Below, in pieces: positions 1 through 14,095 of a stretch of 64,000 nucleotides of DNA (the stretch's first letter is position 1; each line of letters opens with the position of its first letter). Source of the stretch: the human T2T-CHM13v2.0 reference genome, Homo sapiens; the NCBI RefSeq assembly GCF_009914755.1, contig NC_060932.1, one strand, 5' to 3'. A program made the position numbers and the translations under genes. Below the pieces are notes generated by a model that saw only the letters and a program-made list of their open reading frames with translations, had not been told where the DNA came from and did no database searches.

Positions 1-149
1 TAAAAGGTGACTTAAACATTTATAAGAAAGAGAAAGAACATACTTGCATAAGAAAAGTAACAGGGAATATATTTTGTGCTTTCATGCAAAGTTTATTAAA
101 AATAAAATTTGTAACCAAGATGTGATAAATAGGAGATATGACAAAATAT

Positions 150-530
150 TGAAATGAAAGAATGACCAAAAGTTAAGCAGAAATTACAAGGAAAATTATG
201 AGGTAAAGAGTGAATGAAAGAAATATAACGAGAGGATTTACCCTAGAGAAAGTTTGAAGGAAAAGTGGGTTATTACACATGAAAAAAAAGAAGAAAAGTA
301 GGTCATTATATATTTCCCAGAATGCAAAGGAAAATACTTTAAAAATGAAAAAAATGAGAAAAAGAATGAGAGATATGGAAGCAGACAATAGTTATTTGAC
401 AACGCGGGTCATAGTTACTCCTGAAGAAGGGCTAGTAACAATTGGAACAGAAGAAAAACTATGTAATAGTCAAAAATATTGCTAAGCTGAAGGAAATCCT
501 GTTTTTACAGATCAAGAGAAATCACTATGA
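150..530 (+). mobile_element. Ancient L1M/HAL1 ORF1-like fragment
   Basis: A-rich purine strand with decayed ORF1-like text (AAAAGAATGAGAGATATGGAAGCAGACA...ATAGTTACTCCTGAAGAAGG...CTGAAGGAAATCCTGTTTTTACAGATCAAGAG); family assigned from memory. Confidence 0.5.
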
Positions 531-674
531 TACAGTGTATGTTTGAGTTTGCCTGGAAGGTGCTGATTTTTCGCTATCATTTTTATACCAAGGGCTGGAA
601 AGGAGGGAGGCATCCACCCCAGGTGGCCAGCCATTTTTAAATAAAACATTTTATTAACATTTCTGTGGTTGACC

Positions 675-912
675 TTTCTTTCTGTTCTTTCTTTCTTTCT
701 TTTTTATTTCTCTATTTCTTTCTTTCCTTTATCCTCCTTTCTCTCTGCTTTCTCCTTCCTCCCTTCCTTCCCTCCTTCCTTCCTTGCTTCCCTCCCTCCC
801 TCCCTCCCTCCCTCTTTCCTTCCTTCCTTCCCTCCCTCCCTCCTTCCTTCCTTCCTTCCCTCTGTCTTGTCTTTCTCTCTTTCTCTCTGTATTTCTCTCT
901 TTCTTTCTTTTT
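675..912. repeat. Polypyrimidine (TTTC/CCTT/CCCT)n low-complexity tract
   Basis: About 240 bp almost exclusively C/T on the + strand, adjoining the Alu tail. Confidence 0.95.
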
Positions 913-1084
913 TGTTTGAGACAAGGTCTGGCTCTATCGCCCAGCTTGGAGTGCAGTGGTGCAATCACAGCTCACTGCAGCCTTGACTTTCCAGCCTCAA
1001 ACAATCTTCCCGCTTCAGCCTCCTGAGTAGCTGAGAATACAGGCAGGTGTCACTATAACCAGCTAATTTTTTATTTGTAGAGAC
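912..1084 (-). mobile_element. AluJ-type right arm (truncated)
   Basis: TTTGAGACAAGGTCTGGCTCTATCGCCCAGCTTGGAGTGCAGTGGTGCAATCACAGCTCACTGCAGCCTTGAC, AluJ-type diagnostics. Confidence 0.9.
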
Positions 1085-2244
1085 TTGTTAATTTTGTATC
1101 TCTAAAGAACAAATCCGAAAAATAAAATGTGGCATTAGCTGTGTAATTTATTCAATGCCTGAGTTATATCTTTTGTTGACATTTTGGTTTTAATAAAATG
1201 TATATTATATAAGACTGGTAGCAAATGATCGAAATTCAAAATATTGGAAATAAAAACTATTGAATAAATAGTTGTGCTTCGTTTTCCTATGGAAATTTGG
1301 ATTTTGCATTATCACTGTAAAAGTGAGCCATTGGTTCATACTTACTCTGAAAAATTTCTTGAAGAAATTTGAAGTTGGGTACATATGCCAACATGAAATG
1401 GCATTGGCCAGAACCAGCAGGGAGCTCAACCAACAAACATTTTTAAAGGCCAAAAAGGATGTAATTGAAGCAATGTGAGTCTTGTTGGATCTACCTGGAA
1501 AACATGTAAGTTCGTCAACATTACATATATTTAATAAACATTGTGAAGAAATGCAAGCCAGCACATCCAGAGAACAAATACTAGAAATGAAACAAGATTT
1601 CGATGATATAGGGCTGAAAGATAACAAGGAGCCACCTCCTTTTCGTAAGCACTGACCATGAAAAAGAGAAAAGATATCTAAACGTGATCAAATGACAACA
1701 GGATTAAAAATAGTAATAATAATAATAATGAGAGAAGAGAAGAAAGAGACGGTAGGTAAGACTTTTAACCATTTTACTGTTGCATTGTATAAAATCAAAT
1801 TTCAAAATTAAAATGAATAAGCATACTTCAAACAACTAAGCTAAGATAGGCTGACAAATACACATGTACTATCTATTGAACATAAATATGCAAAGAAGAC
1901 ATATCTTAACCAAACTATTGACTTATTTGCAGAAGTCTCAAAAACAGAAATCTCATTGTTACTATTTGTTACTGTAACAGCCAATACCTATACATTGTTC
2001 TCTTTTTACAAAAAAATGCATTAATATAATTTTAAAACATTATTCCTTTATTCCTTTTTGTACTGTAATATTCATTTTATTTTTCATATTTTTAAACTGA
2101 TACAATTATAAATAGAAACTCAAAATAAGAATATTTTCGTTGTCTACATTTCTTTTCTGGCCATTACTATTTCTTGTTTCATTTTGTCATTATTACCAAA
2201 TAAAATGATATTTGAGGGACATCTTTGTATGTGTATAAATACAC

Positions 2245-2267
2245 ATACACACACACACACACACACA
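2245..2267. repeat. (CA)n microsatellite
   Basis: Direct reading. Confidence 0.95.
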
Positions 2268-2801
2268 TTACAATTACCCCAAAACTTAGCAGCTTAAATA
2301 CAAGTATTTATTATCTCACAAAGGTCATGACCAGGTCCAGCTTCTCTGAGTAGTTCTGCTTCATTGATTACAGTGAAGCTGTTGGACACAGCTGCAAGCT
2401 CTAATAACTTGACTGGGTCTGAGAATCTGAGTTTTGAGCTTGCTCACATGGCTATTGATGGGAGACTCCGCTTTCTTGCCTTGTGGGCCTCTCCACAGGG
2501 TGCTTCCCATGTGGCTCACCCCAGAGCAAGTGATCTGTGACAGCAGAGTAACCAAAATAGAAGCCATGGTTTGCTTTTATTTTGTAGGTTGGTGCAAAAG
2601 TAATTACGGTTCTTGCCATTAAAAGTAATGACCAAAACCACAATTACTTTTGCACCAACGCAATAAAATAATAACCCAATCTTGGATGTAGGTGGAATCA
2701 CTTCTGCCAATTCAGTACAGAAGGATAGAAGGAGACCACACGAGAAAATCAAGACCAAGAGGCAGGGATCATCAGGGCCATCTTAGTGACTGCCTACCAC
2801 A
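2268..2801 (-). mobile_element. MaLR LTR (MLT1F/E-like), split by MADE1
   Basis: ACCCCAAAACTTAGCAGCTTAAA...TATTATCTCACA start and GGGATCATCAGGGCCATCTTAG...TGCCTACCACA end, typical of an antisense MLT1. Confidence 0.75.
2585..2665. mobile_element. MADE1 (Hsmar1-derived MITE)
   Basis: TAGGTTGGTGCAAAAGTAATTACGGTT...AACCACAATTACTTTTGCACCAACGCAATA, an 80-bp palindromic mariner MITE. Confidence 0.95.
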
Positions 2802-2961
2802 TGGCTGATGCTGACAGATTATCTGAGTTTGAAATATCCTAGGTATGTCACTGGTTCTTATTATCTGGAAGAATTACTAATATTAATTAGTTTTATTCCT
2901 CACTTTCCATTCCACCTTCCACTCATCTTCAGTCAGTATCTCAGCCAGTCAGTGTACCCCT

Positions 2962-3105
2962 AAATTTTTTTTAATTTATCTTTTATTTTAAGTTCAGGGA
3001 TACATGTGCAGATTTGTTATACAGGTAAACTTGTGTCATGAGGGTTTGTCGCACAGATTATTTCATCACCCAGGTATTAAGCCTAGTACCCATTGGTTAT
3101 TTTTC
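2962..3105 (-). mobile_element. L1PA 3' end fragment
   Basis: TTTTAAGTTCAGGGATACATGTGCAGATTTGTTATACAGGTAAACTTGTGTCATG...CCCAGGTATTAAGCCTAGTACCCATTGGTTATTTTT. Confidence 0.9.
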
Positions 3106-3900
3106 TATTTGTTATTTTTAGTTCTACGAAATGAGAGATTTTGGTCGACAGGATTGCTTGTGATTGCTAGAGATTTTCATTTCCTGGGCATGGCAAAATG
3201 AGAAAGTGCTTCAGAGTCTGATCCACCGTCACTAGACAGACTTCTTTCTTCTGGCGCTGTGTATAAACAAACCTATGTCTTCCTGCTGCTGAGGTTTATA
3301 CTGTGACCCTCTTTGTTATTCATTCGGCTTGTACATGAGAAGAAAGAAATGGCCTGGGGGTGGGTAGATAACATCCATTTCCCTGAACCATTGTTGTGTA
3401 GCCTGGTGAAAGTATTCTTTTGCTGGGAATAAGGACACATAAACCATAGTGCAGGGTTGCAGGGAGAGGAAACAGAAAGTTTCCAATTCGATTATTCTTA
3501 CGAAGTAAGAAATGTCATTTGCATTTTTATCCCTTATAAGTTCGTTTGTTAACATTGCTGCCCTTCCACCCACTATGCTTTTAAAAGCCGGTTGAAGAGA
3601 AAACTTTAGCGTGAGCCACTGACTGGTAAAGAGAGCTACTCTTGACATCAACCAGAAAACAAAAACAGAAAAATGAGTCTTCTGAAGTCTTCAAAGTATA
3701 GCTACAGACACACTCTATGGCTCAAAAGGGAAACCATATACTGCATAGGCTTTGAGTAATTTTCCAATTTAGATACACAGTGAAAAAAAAAAGAGTATGT
3801 GCTCTTGTATCCTGTACTAAAAGAATAATTTTCTCTTGGGTCAAAAATAAGTCATGACTACTAGCCCCTTTTTCCATTATTACTTTTCTTGGGTTATTGA

Positions 3901-4238
<338 letters not shown>

Positions 4239-4771
4239 CTATCCCTTTCTTAATTGTCCTCTTTGGTTTCCCAAATATAGGATAGGCTAGAGGCGGAATT
4301 TTCTTCCCCATCATACCTCTTTTCCTTCAATATGAGAAAATAATTTTAGACAAATGATGAGAGCATAACTGTCTCATGATCCATATCCATGGTCTTGGTT
4401 TTGTCTTTTCCTTACCACTTCAGTAAGCACATGTTTAAAAGGATTTTATGTCTTTTCTTGTATTCAATCAACTTTCTCTTCTTGTAAGATTGCTTCCCTA
4501 ATAAACATAGAGTACACACACTGAGTTAATAACAGTAGCTACAGGTTGACCTGGGCAAAGTTTGTGTTAACTATGTTGATAAAATCAAATTTTGATTGGA
4601 TTTTCTGCTCCCTTATAATGACTATCTTAACTTTAAAGTTTAAAAAACTGATTAAACGTTACAAATGATGAAATCACTGGTTGATTGTTCTAAGGGGAAT
4701 TTTGGCAGACAGCAGAAGAAGGCACTTAGCTTCAACGGCAGACACAAATATCCAGAAAACACAGACAAGCA

Positions 4772-4948
4772 GGCTGGGCATGATGGCTCATGACTAATCC
4801 CAACACTTTGGGAGGCTGAGGCAGGACAATTGCTTGAACTCGAGAGGCAGAGGCTATAGTGAGGCAAGATCGTGCCACTGCCCTACAGCCTGGGCGACAG
4901 AGCAAGACTCCATCCCCCCGCCACCCCCCACCCCACCAAAAAAAGAGA
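4772..4948 (+). mobile_element. Alu monomer (FRAM-like or arm-fused Alu)
   Basis: GGCTGGGCATGATGGCTCATG...GGAGGCTGAGGCAGGACAATTGCTTGAACTCG...AGAGCAAGACTCCATC, followed by a C-rich run and a short A tail. Confidence 0.85.
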
Positions 4949-5144
4949 GACCAACAGAATGCCTGTGAGTGGTAATTGCTCAAAACTACTGGTGGATTAA
5001 TGAATTATTTATTTAATTAGTTAAGTCACCTAGTTCCTGATAAAGGAACACAGGTTACGCTTGTCTGGAAACAAACATTTAGCAAATATCTTGAGGTACT
5101 ATACTTATTCTATTCAACATCTGCTCCCAGAATTCCTCACTTCC

Positions 5145-5187
5145 TCCAGAATGCCAGAGCCAAGAGGTAACACTAAAAGTCAAAAAC
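5145..5187 (+). repeat. 43-bp copy of 5779-5821, flanked by 11-bp direct repeats
   Basis: TCCAGAATGCCAGAGCCAAGAGGTA(A/G)CACTAAAAGTCAAAAAC, 42/43 identical; AATTCCTCACT at 5131-5141 and 5188-5198. Confidence 0.95.
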
Positions 5188-5339
5188 AATTCCTCACTGT
5201 CTCTCAAAATCTGGGATCAGGATAGTCCAAGCAGAAAAACAATCAAAAAAAAAAAACAAAAACAAAAAAACACCTACGATACCTAGGAAAATACTTATAA
5301 AGGGAAGAAAAGAAAGAACCTTACTAATATATATTATTA

Positions 5340-5821
5340 GGATCCTTTGGACTACAATGGGTGTAGAATACAGGTGAATTAAGGGGGAGTTTGTTGAAAT
5401 GACTCAGTCCAACATTAATGGCAAGAAGACTTGTAACATAGGCTAATACACTGTTGGTATGGCTTTCTTGGAAACTTAGACACAACAAAGGATTATAGTA
5501 AATGAAAGTGGACATTAGCAAACTGCTTCGGCAGAGCGCTAAGAAAGATTGAAAGTCTCAGAAAGGTGGCATTGTTAGAATGGATATATATGTGAGTCTG
5601 AAGGATTCACCTCTTCAATATATTCTATGCAATGGCCTCATGGACACTTAGGCAATAAAAGTTGTACTAGCGAAAGGGACACTGGCATCTTGAGTTTGGT
5701 AATGGCGGCTTTCTATAGTTACCAACAGGACATACTCTCATGACCCTGGGCTCTCTGGTATCATTGGGAAGATGGAATTCCAGAATGCCAGAGCCAAGAG
5801 GTAGCACTAAAAGTCAAAAAC
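5340..5821 (+). mobile_element. ERVL-class internal (gag-like) fragment, HERV16/ERV3-16A3-like
   Basis: Decayed motifs GGCTAATACACTGTTGGTATGGC, TCTCAGAAAGGTGGCATTGTTAGAATGGATATAT and CTGGGCTCTCTGGTATCATTGGGAAGATG resemble ERVL gag consensus (from memory). Confidence 0.65.
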
Positions 5822-5884
5822 TTTTTTTTAATTTTTTATTTTTAAATAAGCTTACAGAAAAAGATACAAAAGTAGTACAGAGAT

Positions 5885-7110
5885 ATTTTAACAAATTGTG
5901 TTGGTATGACTGATATCCACAAGCAAAGGAGTAAAATTGGACCCCTACCTAAAACCATATACAAAATTAATTCAAAATGAATTATTGACTATAAATCTCT
6001 TAGAAGACAACATACAGGTAAATATACATGACCTTGAATTAAGCAATGACTTCTTAAATATGACAACAAAAGCTCAAGTGATGAAAGAAAAACTAAGTAA
6101 ATTTTACGTGATCAAAATTACACTATTTTGTGCTTTACAGGATACCACCAAGAAAACGAAAAAATTCAGTGAATGAGCAAAAATATTTGCAAATAATATA
6201 TCAGATAAGGGACTTGTATGCTAATGTAAAAAGAATTTTTACAATTCAACAATGAAATATAAATAATCTCATTTTAAAACGGGCATAAGAATTTGAATAG
6301 ACATGACTCAAAAAAGATATACAAATGGTCAACAGGCTAATGGAAAGGCACTCAACTGCATTATTCATCGGAGAAATGAAGTCAAACCCACAGTGAGAAA
6401 TCACTTTACACCCACTAGGATGGCTACAATTAAAAAGGAAGACAATAAAAAGTGTTCAAGTGGATTTGTAGAAATCAGAACCCTCATATTGCTGATGAGA
6501 ATGTAAAATGGTACAGTCATTTTGGGAAAGATGACAATTCCTCAGTGTTAAACATAGAATTACCATGTGAGCTCATAAGTTCACTTTCAGGTATATATAC
6601 AAAAGAATGGAAAACATATATCCATACATAAAACATTCACAATTATGTTCATAATAACATTATTCATAATAGCTAATATCTGCAAACAACCCAATGCCTA
6701 TCAACTTATGAAAGGATAAACAAAGGTGGTATATCAACCCAATGTAATGTTATTTAGCCATAAATAAGAACTAAATATTTAGTCCTCATAATGTTGATGA
6801 ATCTTAAAAACATTACACTAAGTGAATGAAACTGGTCACAAAAAGCCATATATTATATGATTTCATGTCTATGAAATGTACAGAACAGGCAAATCCATAG
6901 AGACAGAAAGTAAGTTACTGGCTGCCAGGGGCTGGGAGTAGGGGAGAGGGAGGAGGAAAATGAGGGATGATTCCTATGGATATGGGCTGTCTTTTGGATG
7001 GTGATGAAAATGTTCTGAAATTAGATACTGATCATGGCTGGACAATTCTAAATTGCATATTTTAAGAGTGAAATTTATAGTATGTGATTATATCTCAATA
7101 AATCTGGTAT
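5885..7110 (+). mobile_element. L1MB-like 3' region (ORF2 end plus 3'UTR)
   Basis: GACCCCTACCTAAAACCATATACAAAATTAATTCAAAATG, CACTTTACACCCACTAGGATGGCTA, GGCAAATCCATAGAGACAGAAAGTA, ending TATATCTCAATAAA. Confidence 0.92.
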
Positions 7111-7124
7111 TAAGAAAGCAAAAT

Positions 7125-7370
<246 letters not shown>

Positions 7371-7430
7371 AGTAAAATGACATAAAATGTAATAGAAAGT
7401 CTGAAGGGGTGCGGAGGAGAAGAGAGGGCT

Positions 7431-7462
7431 GGGGAGGGGAGGGGTGGGGAGGGGAGGGGAGG
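7431..7462 (+). other. G-quadruplex-forming (GGGGA)n tract
   Basis: GGGGAGGGGAGGGGTGGGGAGGGGAGGGGAGG: six runs of four G with 1-nt loops. Confidence 0.8.
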
Positions 7463-8217
7463 AAAGAAAAACTCTCCAGTTAGAGGAGCCAAGGTTGCCT
7501 ACAGTGAAAGTGCAGTGGAGGTCACAGATATTATGAGTTTGAATCTTGGTTCACAAACATGACCATACAAGATACAGGGCGTTTCTTCATTTTCTTTAAA
7601 TCAGCCTAACCATGTTTCCGAGTCGTCACCTCACCAGTCTGGCAAAAAGCTCAATATCAATCATTATTCTCACCCAGCTTCCCACCCCATGTCCAGAGGG
7701 ATCCCTCTGGTCTTTATCTGACCATATGCATTAAGTCCCAGCTCCATTCCCTGTGATCTTCCACCTTATCCCACACACTCTGATGCATCTGTATCTCATC
7801 CTTGAAGTTCTAGAATTCTAGATGAGGCTGCAGGCCCCTGTGTCTAGGGTACAGCCGCCCTTGTTCTATGAGTGCCAGAGTCTGAAATCTTATTACGTTT
7901 TTTGGATGCTTTCAGCAAATAAGGCACAAGATCCCACTTCCTGCAGCATCTACATAGGAAAATCACCTTTATTTTCAAGACTATCCCTAAGTTATTTCTA
8001 CCCGATTCTCTTCAGTGAATTTAGATTTTGCAAAAGATAAGCTCTTTTAGCTCTGTAAAAATGCCCAAGGCAAAGAATATGCAAAGAAACTAGCTTCTTA
8101 CTGGAGAAGGGAAATGAAGCAGATGAAACACGAATCGTACTAATAAATATGCAATTTATCTTAGACTACAAACAAATAGAAAATTCAAACAAGAGGTAAA
8201 TGCTGGCTGGGGAATTA

Positions 8218-8726
<509 letters not shown>

Positions 8727-9112
8727 TCATAAAGTGAGATACTGAAGGTGTTGAGTGATGACTTATACAGACTAGACTGAGCCAGAAGTTTATAAGCCAT
8801 AGTAAAGAGTCTGGTTTTTCTGTGAGCAACAGAACCTCATTAAAATGGATTATGCTTGGGAAAGACAAACTTAGAATTTCACTTGAAAAAAGACCATTTT
8901 GGTATCAGTGTAGACAAGGGTGGGGGGTGGAGAATAACACTGGGGGCCCGTGAGCAATACTAGAATCTGAAGGACCCATCATGGAGGCTGGTACAATAAT
9001 CTTTGGGAGCAGTGATGGTAGTGTGACCTGGAGAGGTGGCACAGAAAACAGGGAAAAGGGCGCATGTCTGAAAGATACGAGGTAGTTCAGACTACTAGTC
9101 TGTGAAACTCAA

Positions 9113-9720
9113 TACTGAATTTCATAGAATCTAAAACTCCACTAATGTTAAACCATCATTTGTGACAACATGGATGAACATAAAGGACATTATGTTAAAT
9201 GGAATTAACCAGCCACAAAGAGAGAAATATCGTATGATCTCACTTACGTGTGAGGTCTAAAAAAGTCAAACTATAGAAGTAGAGAGTAGAATGGTGGTCA
9301 CGGGGTGGTGGGGCAGTGTACAAGAAAAGGAGAGACATTGGTCAAAGGGTACAAAGCTTCTGTTAGATGGGAGGAATAAGTTCCAGCATTCTGTTGCACA
9401 GCATAGTGACAATGATTAATAAGAATGTATATTTCAAAATAGCTAAAAGAGGGCTTTAAATGTTCTTACCAAAAAGAATGATAAATATTTGAGGTGATGG
9501 ATATGTTAATTAACCTAATCTCATCATACCACAGTGTATAACATGTGTCAACATATCACAGTGGACTCCATAAATAATGCAATTATTATTTGTCAGTCAA
9601 ATTTAAGATTTTATGGAATACTAGAAAAGAAAATCTTGAAGTTAATAAACTATGGCATACCATTGTTAGAAGCATCAATTTCAGAAATGCAAAATGTGGG
9701 GAGGGATGTGCGTTGTGGAC
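9113..9720 (-). mobile_element. MER104-like (TcMar-Tc2) element split by an L1MA insertion
   Basis: TACTGAATTTCATAGAATCTAAAACTCCAC (9113-9152) and AAACTATGGCATACCATTG...ATTTCAGAAATGCAAAATGTG...ATGTGCGT (9608-9720). Confidence 0.6.
9153..9606 (+). mobile_element. L1MA 3' end
   Basis: CATTTGTGACAACATGGATGAAC...GTAGAGAGTAGAATGGTGGT...GAGGTGATGGATATGTTAATT. Confidence 0.93.
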
Positions 9721-9990
9721 TTGCGAGGGAACAAGAGGCATGAGAAATAATGGTCTCCATGTTGAATATGTTGCATTTGAAGTGTTCATGCGATATCCAA
9801 GGGCAAAGGTCTAGTCATCAGTTTGTTATGTGGGTCTGGAATTCAGAGACCTCAGCTACAGATAAAAATATGGGAGATATCAGAAAATGTATGAAAACTG
9901 AAACTGATATAAGGGATGAGAAAGTGGTCACCAATGTCAAATAAGAGCTAAACAGTTAAATCAAATAAAAACTTACTCATTTCAATAGCA

Positions 9991-10162
<172 letters not shown>

Positions 10163-10538
10163 TAGCATTTTTTTTAAACAATGGGCACCGATTTTAGTGT
10201 CTGAAAAACATTTAAATCCTCTCTAGGGAAAGCACGAAAGTGACCACCGGAGAGATGAAGAAATCAGCAGAAGAACAAGTTTACTGGGGAAATTAATGTT
10301 AAAAGGAGTTAAAAAGATAAATGAAGAGAGGAAGAACATTAGAAACAAACTTTACCTAATTTAGAAATTAGCCAAGATGGAGCCTCATGAATGTGGCAAC
10401 TGACATGATTTAGAACCTTGATTTATGTTTTGATTAAAAATTCTGTTGCACTTAATAATTCAATATTATCATTTGCTTAAGTACTTTATGTAGTCATAAG
10501 GGAATAGAAATCCTTATCAATGATCCTATTTACATATA

Positions 10539-11429
<891 letters not shown>

Positions 11430-11684
11430 CTAGCTCTTTTCCCTTAAGTTAGAATTTAATATTTAATTACAACTTGAGTTTCAAATGTTCTGTGTTTCTT
11501 TTAAATAGCTTTTATTAATATTTTAAAGTCTGATGTCTAAGCCAAGAAAATTCTAACTAGAATTATCCTAATTGGAACATCCAGAAACATTCTGCTTATT
11601 ACCTGGAATACTTAGCTTAGATATTGCCAGGCATAACTTTTGGCATAAAACTGGGATTGATTTCCAAAGTATCAAAAGATAGCA

Positions 11685-11776
11685 CTCGCTCTCTCTCGCT
11701 CTCGCTCTCTGTCTCTGTCTCTCTCTCTCTCTCTTTCTGTCTCTCTCTCTCTATATATATATATACACACACATAT
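11685..11776. repeat. Compound (CT)n(TA)n(CA)n microsatellite
   Basis: Direct reading. Confidence 0.93.
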
Positions 11777-12185
<409 letters not shown>

Positions 12186-12932
12186 TGATGAACTTCAGGG
12201 TTTGGTTTTCACTCACTCAGCCCTTCTAGTTGGTATACCGTCTGAGCTCAAAACCAATTCCTGTGTTCCTTTCCCAACCCTCAAGTCAATACATTTCTAC
12301 GAGTGGAAAGACAAAGTTGAGAAAGTTGATTTGGGATCATTATGCACTTGGTACCACATTTAGAGACATGCGTTGTGTGACACACTTACTTATGGATAAG
12401 CATGTCTGTTTTAAATTCATACATTGCCGATAAGCTATTCAGTTAGACGGAACTCCCCATGAAAGAGTAGTCCCCTTACAGAATAAATACAAGGCATTTA
12501 CACTGCGGTATCTCTCAAATCTGAAACTTATGCCACCTTCACTCCAAATTTCCATGTTATTTGGTTATATAATAGAATTCTACTTTGACTATTTGCTCTA
12601 AGTGTTGACACTAATCCTCATCTTGAGAACAGCAACCATTTTAGAAAGATATCTGTGAATATAAAGTAGACAGTATTTTTGTTGGGTACCCAGATACCTA
12701 CGGAAAAAAAATTAAAGACCTTTTTTTCCTCCTAAACTACACTGTTAAAAAATTTAATGGAAATATTTATTTGACAGGTTTTACAGCTTACACTTTTGTT
12801 CCTGCCTTGGTGTGTGTATCAGAATGCACTGAAACCTTCAGGATGAACCCTATCACAGACAGCCTTCCAAGTGGCCTTGGACTGACCAAGTTATCTCCCG
12901 TCTCTGGCTTGTAGTTCTCAAGAATAACTGTA

Positions 12933-13208
12933 ATAAATTTGTTAAAGGATACAAGATTACAGCTAGATAGGAAGAATAAGTTCTAGTGTTCTATACCATT
13001 ATAGGATGACTATAGTTAGCAATAATATATTACAGTTTCACATAGCTAGTAGAAGGATATTAAATGTTCTCGATACAAATGAATCAATGTTTGAGATGAT
13101 TGATATGCTAATTACCCTAATCTGATCACCGTACATTATATTTACCAAAACAGTACTATGTACCCCACGAATACGTACAATTATTGTTTGTCAATTTAAA
13201 AATAAAAA
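12933..13208 (+). mobile_element. L1MA2/3-like 3' end
   Basis: AAAGGATACAAGATTACAGCTAGATAGGAAGAATAAGTTCTAGTG...; TSD AAGAATAA(C/T)TGTA at 12920 and 13512 brackets L1 plus Alu. Confidence 0.92.
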
Positions 13209-13626
<418 letters not shown>

Positions 13627-14095
13627 TTAGCCTAGTATATCAAGTTGTCCCCAGGGTATAAAAGCCTGAGTGGGCTCCCATCCAGGGTCCCTCAGCTGCA
13701 GTGCAAGTGGGTAAGTCACAGATGAGACTCCATCGGTCCCCAGCAGCTTTCCTGAGCCTCAGGGGACTGGCTCACAGCGAATCCTCCGCTTCTGTTGTCC
13801 TTTGCTGCCTATCTGTAAGGAATAAACCCACTTCCTGTAATCTGCTATGTGTGGGTGTCCTGTCTTGCTGGGCTCAGACAAGTTGGTACCCAGCGCACAG
13901 TGCCTGCTTCATACCTGTATCTCTTGTTTCTGGAGTTTGGAAACACTGCCAGGGGCATCTGGGTAACAGAAAACTTGAAATAACAAATTCATTGGATCAA
14001 ATCTGATGATCTGATTTAGGGGATAATTTTTAAAAAGGTATCAAAAGCTTAGAAAGTCTATCTCCTCAGGAGAAAAGGTGGGGTGCTGTACTTAC

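Larger units (their letters stand above)
578..2853 (+). mobile_element. hAT-Tip100 DNA transposon fossil (MER97/Zaphod-like), interrupted by Alu, microsatellites and an MLT1 LTR
   Basis: Left end ...TACCAAGGGCTGG...CATCCACCCCAGGTG and right end ...CCTAGGTATGTCACTG resemble hAT-Tip100 termini. 1800-1945 translates (with frameshifts) as SKLK*I-SILQTT--DRLTNTHVLSIEHKYAKKTYLNQTIDLFAEV, matching the hAT C-terminal dimerisation motif. Confidence 0.75.

Noticed and set aside
665-1026. Six overlapping ORFs rich in P/S/F/L or E/G/R/K
   Set aside because: Translations of the CT-rich tract and the adjoining Alu
1205-1627. 140-aa minus-strand ORF
   Set aside because: Antisense to the decayed hAT transposase; no recognisable domain
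2585-2665. 80-bp hairpin resembling a pre-miRNA
   Set aside because: Explained by MADE1. This family seeds miR-548 loci, but nothing in the sequence shows that this copy is expressed
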